From assembly GCF_006345805.1 (NCBI RefSeq), contig NC_043012.1, forward strand, positions 54,374,001 to 54,438,000: a DNA stretch of 64,000 bases. The letters are read 5' to 3'. Each line of letters opens with the position of its first letter. Position 1 is the stretch's first letter. Made by a program: the position numbers and the translations under genes. The notes beneath the pieces are model-generated. The model was not told the DNA's origin. It saw only the letters and a list, made by a program, of their open reading frames with translations, and ran no database searches. The DNA comes from Octopus sinensis. Its lineage: Eukaryota. Of this stretch, positions 53,045-64,000 are shown piece after piece.

Positions 53045-53090
53045 CTACAAAAGAAATGAAAACAATAAGAGGAATTTTTAAAAATTTGTT

Positions 53091-53612
53091 AAAACATTTT
53101 GTTGTGTCTGGGGAGAGTCATTACGGCAATATCAATAATGAGGTGCATCTTGATGGATGAAGTAAAGTATAGTGCATTGAAGGAGGCTTTTCCTCTGGAT
53201 GTAAATCCACTGGGGCCGGAAGTGGATATCAAACTTTGAGCCTTGGTGGTGGATTATAACGACATTAAGGAAAAGATAAAGTGGTAAGTGTGATTTGTTT
53301 TTAAAGACTGTGAATAGACTTGAAAAAGAAAAAAATTTTTTTTTGTTAAAACTCATAATCATCTCAGTGGAATGAGCATTTGTAAAAATTTGTGTTAAAC
53401 TTTAAGGTTAAAAAAAAGTAAAATCACGTAACCATCCCGGAGCGGGGTCAGGATGACCATTTCATCTTCATTATAAATACTTCGTTTTATTCATCGTTTC
53501 ATGTGTTAATTGTCCCCGCATGTGTGTATGTCCCCTCTGTGTTTGACCCTTGTGGCTTGATTAAAATTTAATATTAATAATGACTCTCCCTAGACACAAC
53601 AAAATGTGTTTC
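53091..53612. mobile_element. ~520-bp insertion bounded by ~32-bp inverted repeats, probably Penelope-derived
   Basis: cattttgttgtgtctggggagagtcatt (53096-53123) and aatgactctccctagacacaacaaaatg (53579-53606). Interior VVIIHHQGS...F.R.QW only weakly resembles a GIY-YIG C-terminus. Confidence 0.55.
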
Positions 53613-54525
53613 AATACAGGAATTCACATAAAGAATCTTGCAAACCAAATACAAAAACAAGGTATATCAAAATGCTGCTATTTATCAAAACAATGTTATT
53701 TAATTTAGATATCATCATCATCGTTTAACGTTTGTTTTCCATGCTAGCATGGGTTGGACGGTTTGACTGGGGTCTGGGAAGCCAGGAGGCTGCACCAGGC
53801 TCCAGTCTATCATAACTAAAAAGCAGTGTTGTATGATTGTCAATGCAGCTGAATATCTAATGAACTACAAAGTACTTTCACTTTCACTATCTTACTTGTT
53901 TCAGTCAGTAGACTATGGCCATGCTGGAGCACCACCATGAAGAATATTTAGTCAAACAAATCAACCCCAGTACTTACTTTCTAAACCTGGTACTTATTCT
54001 ATTGGTCTCTTTTGCTGAACTGCTAAGTAACAGGGACAAAAACAGATCAACACCGATCATCAAGCAGTGAGGGGGGACAAAGACAGACAAACACATCACC
54101 ATCGTCATCATCATCATCATCTAGTATCTGCTTTCCATGCTGGCATGGGTTAGACAATTTGACTGGAACTGGTAAGCCGGAGAGCTGCATGAGGTTCCAG
54201 CCTGATTTGGCATGGTTTCTACGGCTGGATGCTCTTCTCAACACCAACCACTCCAAGAGTATAATGGGTGTTTTAAACATGCCACTAGCACGGGTGCCAC
54301 TCTGGTGGCACTGGTATCAGCCAAGACTATGATTTCACTTGGCTTGATGAGCCTTCTCAAACACAGCATATCACCAAAGGCTTCAGTCACTTATCATTGC
54401 TACTGTGAGGCCCAAAGTTCAAATATCATGCTTCACCACCTCGTCCCATGTCTTCCTCAGTCTACCTCTTCCCCAGGTTCCCTCCAAAGTTAGAGATTGG
54501 TACTTCTTTACACAGCTGTCTTCAT

Positions 54526-54559
<34 letters not shown>

Positions 54560-54563
<4 letters not shown>

Positions 54564-54840
54564 TCATCATCATAACCGTTTAATGTCCATTTTCCGTGCT
54601 ATGCTGGCATGGGTTGGACAGTTCAACTGGGGTCTGGGAAGCCAGAAGGCTGCACCAGGCTCCAGTCTGATCTGGCAGTGTTTCTAAAGCTAGATGCCCT
54701 TCCTAATGCCAACCACTCCCGAGAGTGTAGTGGGTGCTTTTTACATGCCACCAGCACAGGGGCCATAAAGGGCTGGCAACGACTATGACTAGTTGGTGCT
54801 TTTACGTGCCACCGACACAGAACCAGTCAAAGTAGCGTTG
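54560..54840 (-). mobile_element. RTE-type 3'-end repeat (tail GTTAAACGATGATGATG)
   Basis: Same family at about 23930, 28555, 40973, 53712, 54100 and 63680. Confidence 0.65.
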
Positions 54841-55640
54841 GCATCAGCCACATTCGGATGGTGCTTTTTACATGCCACCAGCATGGGGATCTCAACTACA
54901 ATTTCCATTTGGTTTTGGTTTTGATGTACTTGACTCAATAGGTCTCCTCAAGCACGGCATGTCGCCCTACAATCCAAGGTACTTTTGAGTGGGCTGGTTA
55001 TGCAACACTGCTGTAGGTTACAGCTGTAAACTCACTTTATTTGCCGGATCTTCTCAGTCACAGCATATCTCCAGAGGTCTTAGTCTTTTATCCTTGCTTC
55101 TGTAAGGCCCAACATTAGAAGGTCATGCTTCACCACTTCATCCCATGTCTTCCTGGGTCTCCCTCTAACCTAGAGTTCCTTCCACTGTTTGGGAGTGGCA
55201 CTTCTTCACACAGATCTTTTCATCCATCTGTAGTACATGACCATACCAATGCAAACATCTGATGCTTCTTATGTCCAACATTTCTCTCAGGGTACTTACA
55301 CTCTGTCGTGTGTGCACACTGACATTACACATCCAGCGGATCATACTAGCTTCATTTCTTTTGAGCCTACGCATGTCTTCAGCAGTCACAGCCCATGTTT
55401 CACTGGTGTGAAGCATGACAGTTCGCACACATGCATTGTACAATCTACCTTTCACTCTGAGCGAGAGGCCCTTTGTCACCAGTAGGAGTAGGAGCTTTCT
55501 GAACTTTGCCCAGGCTATTCTTATTCTAGTGGTAATGCTCACTAAGCATCCACCCCCACTACAGACTTGGTCACCTAGGTAGTGGAAGCTATCAACTACT
55601 TCTAGTTTCTCCCCCTGGTATGTAATGGAATCTGTTTTTT
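54840..55640 (-). mobile_element. RTE-clade LINE, 3' RT/thumb fragment
   Basis: Frame EVVDSFHYLGD...SITTRIRIAWAKFRKL...KGRLYNACVRTVMLHTSETW...HWYGHV. Confidence 0.85.
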
Positions 55641-55722
55641 GAGCATCTGTGGAGTTTATTGCCCCTGTTAATCTTCTTTTGATGTTGTTGCACCTCTTAT
55701 GTGTTCATAGCTTACATGTATG

Positions 55723-55761
<39 letters not shown>

Positions 55762-55781
55762 GAGAGAAACCTGGGTACATC

Positions 55782-55812
<31 letters not shown>

Positions 55813-56454
55813 TATAGCAGGTTTCCTTCAGTTTGCATCTACAAAATCCTCAAATTCACTTACAAGGCTTTGGTTAGCCCAAGACTATAATAAAAAAAAA
55901 ATTTGCCCAAGGTGCCATGCAGTGGGACTGAACCCAGAACAATGTGGTTGAGAAACAAACTTCTTACCACACAGCCACACTTGCACCTATACTTGCAGAT
56001 TTTCTTCTTCCTGAAGTACTCAACTGTATTCTTAGAATCAGACATCATATGGAGCATGAATTTATTGAAGCATGTTAGGTGACAACGGTTTGACCTTTTA
56101 CTAATTGATCATTAGGTAAAAGGACATTTCAAGACAGCTATCTTCTACTTCAACGACAGAATAAGGTCAAAAATATCTTCAAGGAACAACACGCGAAACA
56201 AATTATGTCCAATGATAATAAAGATGGAAGTGGTGGTGGTGGTGGGTGGGTGAAATGAAGACAACAATAACGGTGAAAGCGAGAGTGGTGTTGATGATGA
56301 TGATGATGATGACATAGGTGCTAAATGTAGCAATCTTGTCAAGAGTAATTTTTAAGTCTGGAGGAACGAATTGCATCCTTGGAATTGAAATGGTGGTGAT
56401 GATTATAGTATAGTTTACAGGAAGAGGGGGTTTGGTGTAGTGTATACTGTAGAG

Positions 56455-57783
56455 CAGAGGTTCTCAACCATTATTTTATCTATGGATCCCTTTTATTACT
56501 ATTTTATTCTGGTGGATCCCTGTAGTCATACGATATTTAAAAACTAGCTTCAAAGAAACTCCATACAAAATTCCCTATTTTGTTTTTCGCACATTAACTT
56601 GTTAAGTTGAACCATGTGAAATATTAGAGACAGAAACCTAGCTGTTTCTTGCAATAAATACCAATGCATACATCGAAAGCAAAATTTTTTCAGGGGCCCT
56701 TAAAATACTTATAATATGGTGAATGCCCAATTAACTATGTAAAATGTTAGAGAAAGAAAGCTAGTTGTTTCTTCAATAAATCGAAAGCAAAATTTTTTCA
56801 GGGTCCCTTAAAATATGGTGAATGCCCAATTAACTATGTAAAATGTTAGAGAAAGAAAGCTAGTTGTTTCTTCAATAAATCGAAAGCAAAATTTTTTCAG
56901 AGGCCCTTAAAATACTTATAATATTGCGAATGCCCAATTAACTATGTAAAATGTTAGAGAAAGAAAGCTAGTTGTTTCTTCAATAAATCGAAAGCAAAAT
57001 TTTTTCAGAGGCCCTTAAAATACTTATAATATTGTGAATGCCCAATTAACTATGTAAAATGTTAGAGAAAGAAAGCTAGTTGTTTCTTCAATAAATCGAA
57101 AGCAAAATTTTTTCAGGGACCCTTAAAATACTTATAATATTGTGAATGCCCAATTAACTATGTAAAATGTTAGAGAAAGAAAGCTAGTTGTTTCTTCAAT
57201 AAATCGAAAGCAAAATTTTTTCAGGGGCCCTTAAAATACTTATAATATTGCAAATGCCCAATTAACTATGTAAAATGTTAAAGAAAGAAAGCTAGTTGTT
57301 TCTTCAATAAATCGAAAGCAAAATTTTTTCAGAGGCCCTTAAAATACTTATAATATTGTGAATGCCCAATTAACTATGAAAAATGTTAGAGAGAGAAAGC
57401 TAGCTGTTTCTTCAATAAATCAAAAGTAAAATTTTTTCAGGGGCCCTTAAAATACTTATAATATGGTGAATGCCCAATTAATTATGTAAAATGTTAGAGA
57501 AAGAAAGCTAGTTGTTTCTTCAATAAATCAAAAGCAAAATTTTTTCAGGGGCCCTTAAAATACTTATAATATTGTGAATGCTCAATTAACTATGTAAAAT
57601 GTTAGAGAAAGAAACCTGGTTGTTTCTCACAATACATACCAATACATACATCTGAGACAAAATTTTTTTCAAGGGCTCTTCAAATACTTTTAGGGATTTC
57701 CAATTTACTATTTTGTTGCGTGGACCCCACAAAATCTTATATGAACCCTCAGGGGCTGTATGGACCCCAGCTGAGAAGCACTG
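56455..57783. mobile_element. hAT-type MITE expanded by an internal minisatellite
   Basis: TIRs CAGAGGTTCTCAAC and GCTGAGAAGCACTG, 8-bp TSD ctgtagag/ctgtatag. Related copies at 46951-47523 and about 60548-60837. Confidence 0.8.
56615..57650. repeat. Minisatellite, nine ~108-bp units
   Basis: Marker tcgaaagc/tcaaaag at 56674, 56782, 56881, 56989, 57097, 57205, 57313, 57421 and 57529. One unit is 99 bp. Confidence 0.95.
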
Positions 57784-58027
57784 CTGTATAGTAATACTAT
57801 AATGGTGTGCCATGTACAGTAACCATAGTAAAATTAGGGATAGTATGTGTTAACAACAGTATAGTCTTGTGTACTGTACAATAACATACATTGATGCAGT
57901 GTACGCTAACAGTAACCTAGTGTGGTATATTGCACAGTAACAATGTTATATACTGGTGTAATGTATTCTAACAAGAGTACTGATAAAAAAGGAAGAAAAA
58001 AAAGAAAAAATATTTAACATTTAACAT

Positions 58028-58500
<473 letters not shown>

Positions 58501-58503
58501 AAT

Positions 58504-58553
<50 letters not shown>

Positions 58554-58998
58554 ACTTAGAAAAAAAATCATGAGACAAGAAAAGTAAGGGAGGCAACTCC
58601 GAAATCCAAATAAACAATATTAATGAGTTTGATCTTTGGAAAGTACACTGACCATACCAGGCTTGTTTCAGCGTTATTAAGTCTCCTCAGCAAAGTATAG
58701 TTGACATGGGTGGGAGAATAAAGATCTTACGCGAAAAACATTCCCTAATTGAGTAAATTTAAAGTTTTGTGGAAAGTGATGTAACCTTAATAAAAATTAC
58801 AGGGCCAAAAATTCTTCATCTTTAATGATAATTTTTGCAAAGACAGGCAACAAGAACAATTCTGAAATCCAAATTAATTCAAAAATTGAATTGGGACATG
58901 CAGTAGGAAGAAAGGCAACCTCTGAGGAATTGGAACTCAGAAAATAAAAACGGACAAAATGTCAATCAACATTATGTCCGACGAATATATTATGGAGT

Positions 58999-59780
58999 CA
59001 AGGCGGCGAGCTGGCAGAAACGTTAGCATGACGTGCGAAATGCTTAGTGGTATTTGGTCTGTCTTTACATTCTGAGTTCAAATTCTGCCGAGGTCGACTT
59101 TGCCTTTCATCCTTTCGGGGTCGATCTAATTGATTCACCCACTCCCCAAAAATTTCAGGCCTTGTGTAGAAAAGATTCTTTAAGGCAGTGAGCTAGCAGA
59201 AACGTTAGCGCGCCGGGTGAAATGCTTAGTGGCATTTCATCTGTCTTTACATTCTGAGTTCAAATTCTGCCGAGGTCGACTTTGCCTTTCGTCCTTTCGG
59301 GGTCGATCTAATTGACTCAACCACTCTCCAAAATTTTGTGGGCCTTGTGCCAAGAGTAGAAAAGATTCTTTAAGGCGGCGAGCTGGCAGAAACGTTAGCA
59401 TGCCGGGCGAAATGCTTAGCGATATTTCATCTGCCATTACGTTCTGAATTCAAATTTCACCGAGGTGGACTTTGCCTTTCATCCTTTCGGTGTCGATAAA
59501 TTAAGTACCAATTATGCACTGGAGTCAATGTAATCGGCTTAATACGTTTGTCTGTACTTGTTTGTCTCCTCTATGTTTAGCCCCTTGTGGGCAATTAAGA
59601 AATAAGTATTTCGTCTGTCTTTACATTCTGAGTTCAAATTCTGCCAAGGTTGACTTTGTCTTTCATCTTTTCAGGGGGTCAATAAATTAAGTACAAGCTG
59701 CATACTGGGATCAATCTAATCGACTACCCCACCTCCCCAAAAATTTCAGGCCTTGTGCCTAGAGTAGAAAAGAATATATT
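58999..59780 (+). mobile_element. Head-to-tail array of SINE family B copies
   Basis: aaggc(g/a)g(c/t)gagct(g/a)gcagaaacgttagc heads at about 58999, 59181 and 59371, plus a further body at about 59610. Confidence 0.75.
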
Positions 59781-61951
59781 ACGGGGTCAGATACACTATT
59801 GCTGTTAGATTAACAATATATTTTGATATAGTGTTCAGTAACATGGTGGAGTAAGGTACACAGTAAAACTAATTACAGCGAGGTGCTATGTAAATCACAG
59901 CTATTACATTCAAGTCTTTCATGTAATACATATCAATGCTAGTACACCATAAAGTTGCATTCGGAATACTATTGATAAACTTTAAGCTTAACCCTTTAGC
60001 ATTTGGATTATTCTGTCAAATTTAGTGCTTATTTATTCAAATTGTCTTGAATTAATCATGCAATAAGTCACAGCTTCAGGACTTTGATGATGTGATTGTT
60101 CATTTTCAGAATAACTTTATAGGGTAGGTGTGAGAGGCTGGATCTGGCTGGTTTGAACATTAAATAAGTAGAATATTTTGGCCAGTTATGGCCATGCACT
60201 ACCACCAAAGTTACAGACGTGTCAATGATAATTCTGAACCAACATCCTGCATTATGCATCAGGTACTGAGCACAAACAGAAAAGGAAGGAGAGGGGGTGC
60301 TCTAAAAATAGCTGGATGGGAGATATTGAGGGAGAGCTGGAAAAAAAAAAGAGGGATCCAGCTAGAGAGAAGCAGAAAAGACTACCCAAAGTTGAAAACA
60401 GTGGAAAAAAGTTTTCAATGATCTATACTGCATAGAGAGAAGGCTTCCAGAAAAAAATTAGTCCAATTCTTTATCATCTCAGCTATTCTATTCCTATTTA
60501 CACTTAACCACTTAGCTAGAGCCGAAATGAGGAGGAAACTTCTATAGGAGTGCTTCTGAACCAGGATCCATATAAGATTTTAGGGAGTACACAAGCAAAT
60601 TAGTAAACTGGGTTCACAATATTATTTTAAGGGTGCTTGAAAATATTTTTCTATTGTGTATCTATTGCCAGAAACAGTTCAACTTGCACAAGTGAATATG
60701 TGATAAACAAAATAGTTTTGGAAGAAGTATCTAAAGAATTAGTTTTTAAACATCGAATGTTTATGGGAGGTATCCACCAGAGTAGAATAGTAACTAAAGG
60801 GGTTCATAGATAAAAAAAAAAACGGTTGAGAATTACTGCTCTGAATGATCATTTGATTTAATACAAATAGCAAAATTTGCTCAAATGAAACCCGCCATAT
60901 AATAATAAGAAAATAACACATAGGATAGTGCAGTCCTGGGCTCCCTGGACGTAGGAAAAAGACAGGATGGTCACGGCCAGAATCTCTCTGATCACAGAAT
61001 TGCCCGATTAAGTCTGGGTCTGGGGCCAATCAACAACTGTACAACAGCTCCCTACAACCGATCGAAAAGGAAGCGAGGTTCTATCAGACTTAACTCCCTT
61101 CAAAAACGAAAACATTGGAAAATTAAGTCAGAGATATACTATCAGAATATAAGAGCTGAGGGCCATGGTTGGAAGGTTTTTGATCGCAGGTCTTCTCAAA
61201 CAGAAGACCTGGAGCTTATCAACAATTATAATCGATTCAAACTTTAGTGTAAAAGTAATGTGTAACCCAGAGTTATCTCCCTTACATCAAGTGTTGTCAA
61301 AGTTGTTGCACAACGACCAATATATATATATTTTTTTTTTTTTATTAAATCAGTATAACTGATTTTTCTCTCCTAAAACATTTTACTGAAAATTTTCAAA
61401 TGAAAGACCAATCGCAAACAATATTTGGACTCAAGAATCACGTTCGGATAGTGCTTTTTACATGCCATCGGTACAGGAGCCAGTCAGGGGGTACTAGTAC
61501 CTGCCACGTTTGGATGGTGGTTTTAAAGGCGGCAAGCTGGCAGAAACGTTAGCACGTCGGGCGAAATGCGTAGCCATATTTCGTTTGCCATTATGTTCTG
61601 AGTTCAAATTCCGCCGAGGTTGACTTTGCCTCCTCGTCCTTTCGGGATCGATTAAATAAGTACCAGTTATGCACTGGGGCCGATATAATCGACTTAATCC
61701 GTGTGTTTGTCCTTGTTTGTCCTCTCTGTGTTTAGCCCCATGTGGGTAGTAAAGAAATAGGTTTTAACGTACCACTAGCACGGGAGCCAGTCAGGCAGGC
61801 CTGGCATCGATCACATTTGGATGATGCATTTAACGTGCGACCAGAACAGAAGCCAGTCAAGAGGGCACTGACCACAGCTATGATGATGATGATGATGATA
61901 AATGGATGCAATGAAAGAGACAAGAAATAATAGATATTTTTTAACACTTAC

Positions 61952-62300
61952 ATTGTTTTCTGATGGTCTCTTTTTTGCTTCTTCCGGTGACAAATTTTCT
62001 TCTAACGATTTCTCATGAGTACAGTGGTTATTTTTATTGCTTGATTCCGTAGTACAGCTTTCCTCCTTTGAATCCGGTGTACAGCTTTCCTCCTTTGAAT
62101 CCGGTGTGATGTCCACTCGCTCACAAACGGTGGACTGACCATTGTCCACAGACAAAGAACCGCTACGAGAATTTAACCTGATCGTTTTCCTATCAAAATT
62201 TATGCATGAAACTGGTGGCTTCACTTGTGTCGTTGACTCAGTCGATGGATTATATGAAGACATAAAACGTGGCATAGGTTTCTCTTGGACGTCTGCAGAA
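61952..62300 (-). CDS. Internal (probably penultimate) coding exon of an unidentified gene, low-complexity S/E/T/K-rich region (SADVQEKPMPRFMSSYNP...EEAKKRPSENN)
   Basis: 349-nt stop-free frame in non-repeat DNA. Acceptor atttatattcgttgcag| (AG at 62302-62301; alternative AG at 62294-62293) and donor AAT|gtaagt at 61951, phase 0. Phase matches the exon at 53044. Confidence 0.65.
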
Positions 62301-63158
62301 CTGCAACGAATATAAATGTCTCTTTTAGTTATTTATTTCAAATAAAATATTTCCTGCAAACAAGACTCCTTACCTACGTTATGGAACCTATTATGTGCAT
62401 GTAAACTAGAAAGTCTCCCATGGCCACTCAACTTGTTAGAAACAGCAGTCAAATCTCCCTCAAGTTCACTTCACAACAACATGGTTTCAGGTTCAATTTC
62501 ACTGTGCAGCACCTTGGGCAAGTATCTTCTACTATAATCACAGGCCAACTAATGCCTTGTGAGTGAATTTGGTGGACAGAAAATGTGTGGAAATCCATAA
62601 TGTGTGTGTATGTGTTTATGCATAAACATGTGTATATATACATATGTAAAATATGTGTATGCATATGTATATCATAGAGACAATATGGTCGATGCCCATG
62701 TCACATAACTAGCACCCGTGCTAGTGACATGTAGAAAGCACTTTTCAAGCATTGGGCCTCAGAGGCAATGACAAATAACTGAGACCTTATACTGTGCTTA
62801 AGACGGTGAGCTGACAGAAACATTAGCACACCGGGCGAAATGCTTAACAGAATTCTGTCTGAATTTACGTTCTGAGTTCAAATTCTGACATGGTCGACTT
62901 TGCCTTTCATCTTTTTGCGGGGAGTTGATAAATTAAGTATTAGTTGCGTACTGAGGTCAATCTAATCGATTGGCCCCTTCCCCCAAAATTTCAGGCCTTG
63001 TGCCTAAAGTAGGAAAGGTTATACCATGCTTAGAAGACCCATCAAGTCAAGTGAAATTGCAGTCATGGCAGATATTGGTGTCATGCAACTGGCACTCATG
63101 TCGGTGGCACGTAAAAGCACTCATTAAACTCTCAGAGTGATTGGCATTAGGAAGGGCA

Positions 63159-63529
63159 TCTCTCTATATATAAACGGCAAAATGTCTGTCTGTGTGTGTG
63201 TGTGTCCTTTATACAAATCCACAGTCTTTCAGTTAAGGGCTCGCACTTTTTATGGTCATTCAAAACCATCCGAGGGTGGTCGTGCATATCTTTACATTTC
63301 TCCAGTCACTCCGCAAAGCCATTAAAAAATCAATAGAAGTGACTTTTTCGTGAATTTTCTATCCAAAACCCAATCAAAATGCCCGAAACTTGATACGCCA
63401 ATTGAATGCCAGCTAGCTGTATGTGATTGGTCAGAGATTTGGACAGTACTCGCATATATGTGCACATGCACGCAGCTGTATATGCATGCACTAGCACTAT
63501 GACCCGGCGTTGCCAGGTCATAGTGCTAG
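63159..63529 (+). mobile_element. Non-autonomous Helitron
   Basis: 5' TC start, 3' hairpin ending CTAG, inserted between A and T of a host repeat (gggcA|Tccagc), no TSD. Confidence 0.85.
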
Positions 63530-64000
63530 TCCAGCTATAGAAACCATGTCAAATCAAACTGGAGTCTGGTGTAGCCCCACAGCTTACCAGCCCTGCTTAA
63601 ACCGTCTGACCTATGCCAGCATGGACAACATGGATGCAAAATCTAAATGAGGAAGCTGATGATTTATGTGTGTGTGTGTGATCATCATTTAACGCCTGCT
63701 TTCCATACTGGCATGGGTTGGACGGTTTGACTGTGGACTAGCAAGCCAGGCTCCAATCTGACCTGGCAAGGTGTCTACAGCTGGATGCCCTTCTTAACGC
63801 CAACCACTCCAAGAATGTGGTGGGTGCTTTTTACATGCCACCTCCACAGGGACCAGTCAGGCAGCACTGGCATAGACTATGCTCAAATGGTGCTTTTTAT
63901 GTGCTACCAGGGCGGGAGCCAATCAAGTGGCACTAACATCAGGCACACTCAAATGGTGCTTTTTATATGCCACCAGCACCAGGTTCCAATCTGATTTGGC

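Noticed and set aside
56615-57650. Regular array superficially like CRISPR
   Set aside because: Whole units are near-identical with no unique spacers. It is a eukaryotic minisatellite inside a MITE.
60188-60421. ORF containing RKGRRGG
   Set aside because: At most a decayed LINE endonuclease motif. Too weak to call.

Overview
AT-rich, microsatellite-dense eukaryotic DNA. The SINE and MITE repertoire looks like an octopod cephalopod, probably Octopus; this is pattern recognition, not a database hit. There is a 100-N assembly gap at 21692-21791. Almost every ORF in the supplied track is a translated microsatellite or a transposon relic. The only host coding sequence I can support is two exons at the 3' end of an unidentified minus-strand gene (61952-62300 and 52979-53044, C-terminus ...PEKKKKIIPRITWP*). 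The rest is nested mobile DNA: several tRNA-derived SINE families; RTE, CR1-like and R4/Dong-like LINE fragments; Penelope-like RT and GIY-YIG fragments; a hAT transposase relic; Tc1-, hAT- and piggyBac-type MITEs; a non-autonomous Helitron; and foldback palindromes. The most notable observations are: (1) a Type I hammerhead ribozyme at the tip of a long rod-like stem in a ~285-nt tandem unit (retrozyme-like), hidden because a SINE inserted into its catalytic core; (2) five further minimal or degenerate hammerheads of Penelope type, two sharing a non-canonical core; (3) a three-hairpin module in the host gene's 3' UTR, with twin 32-nt stem-loops flanking a poly(A) signal that is itself base-paired.
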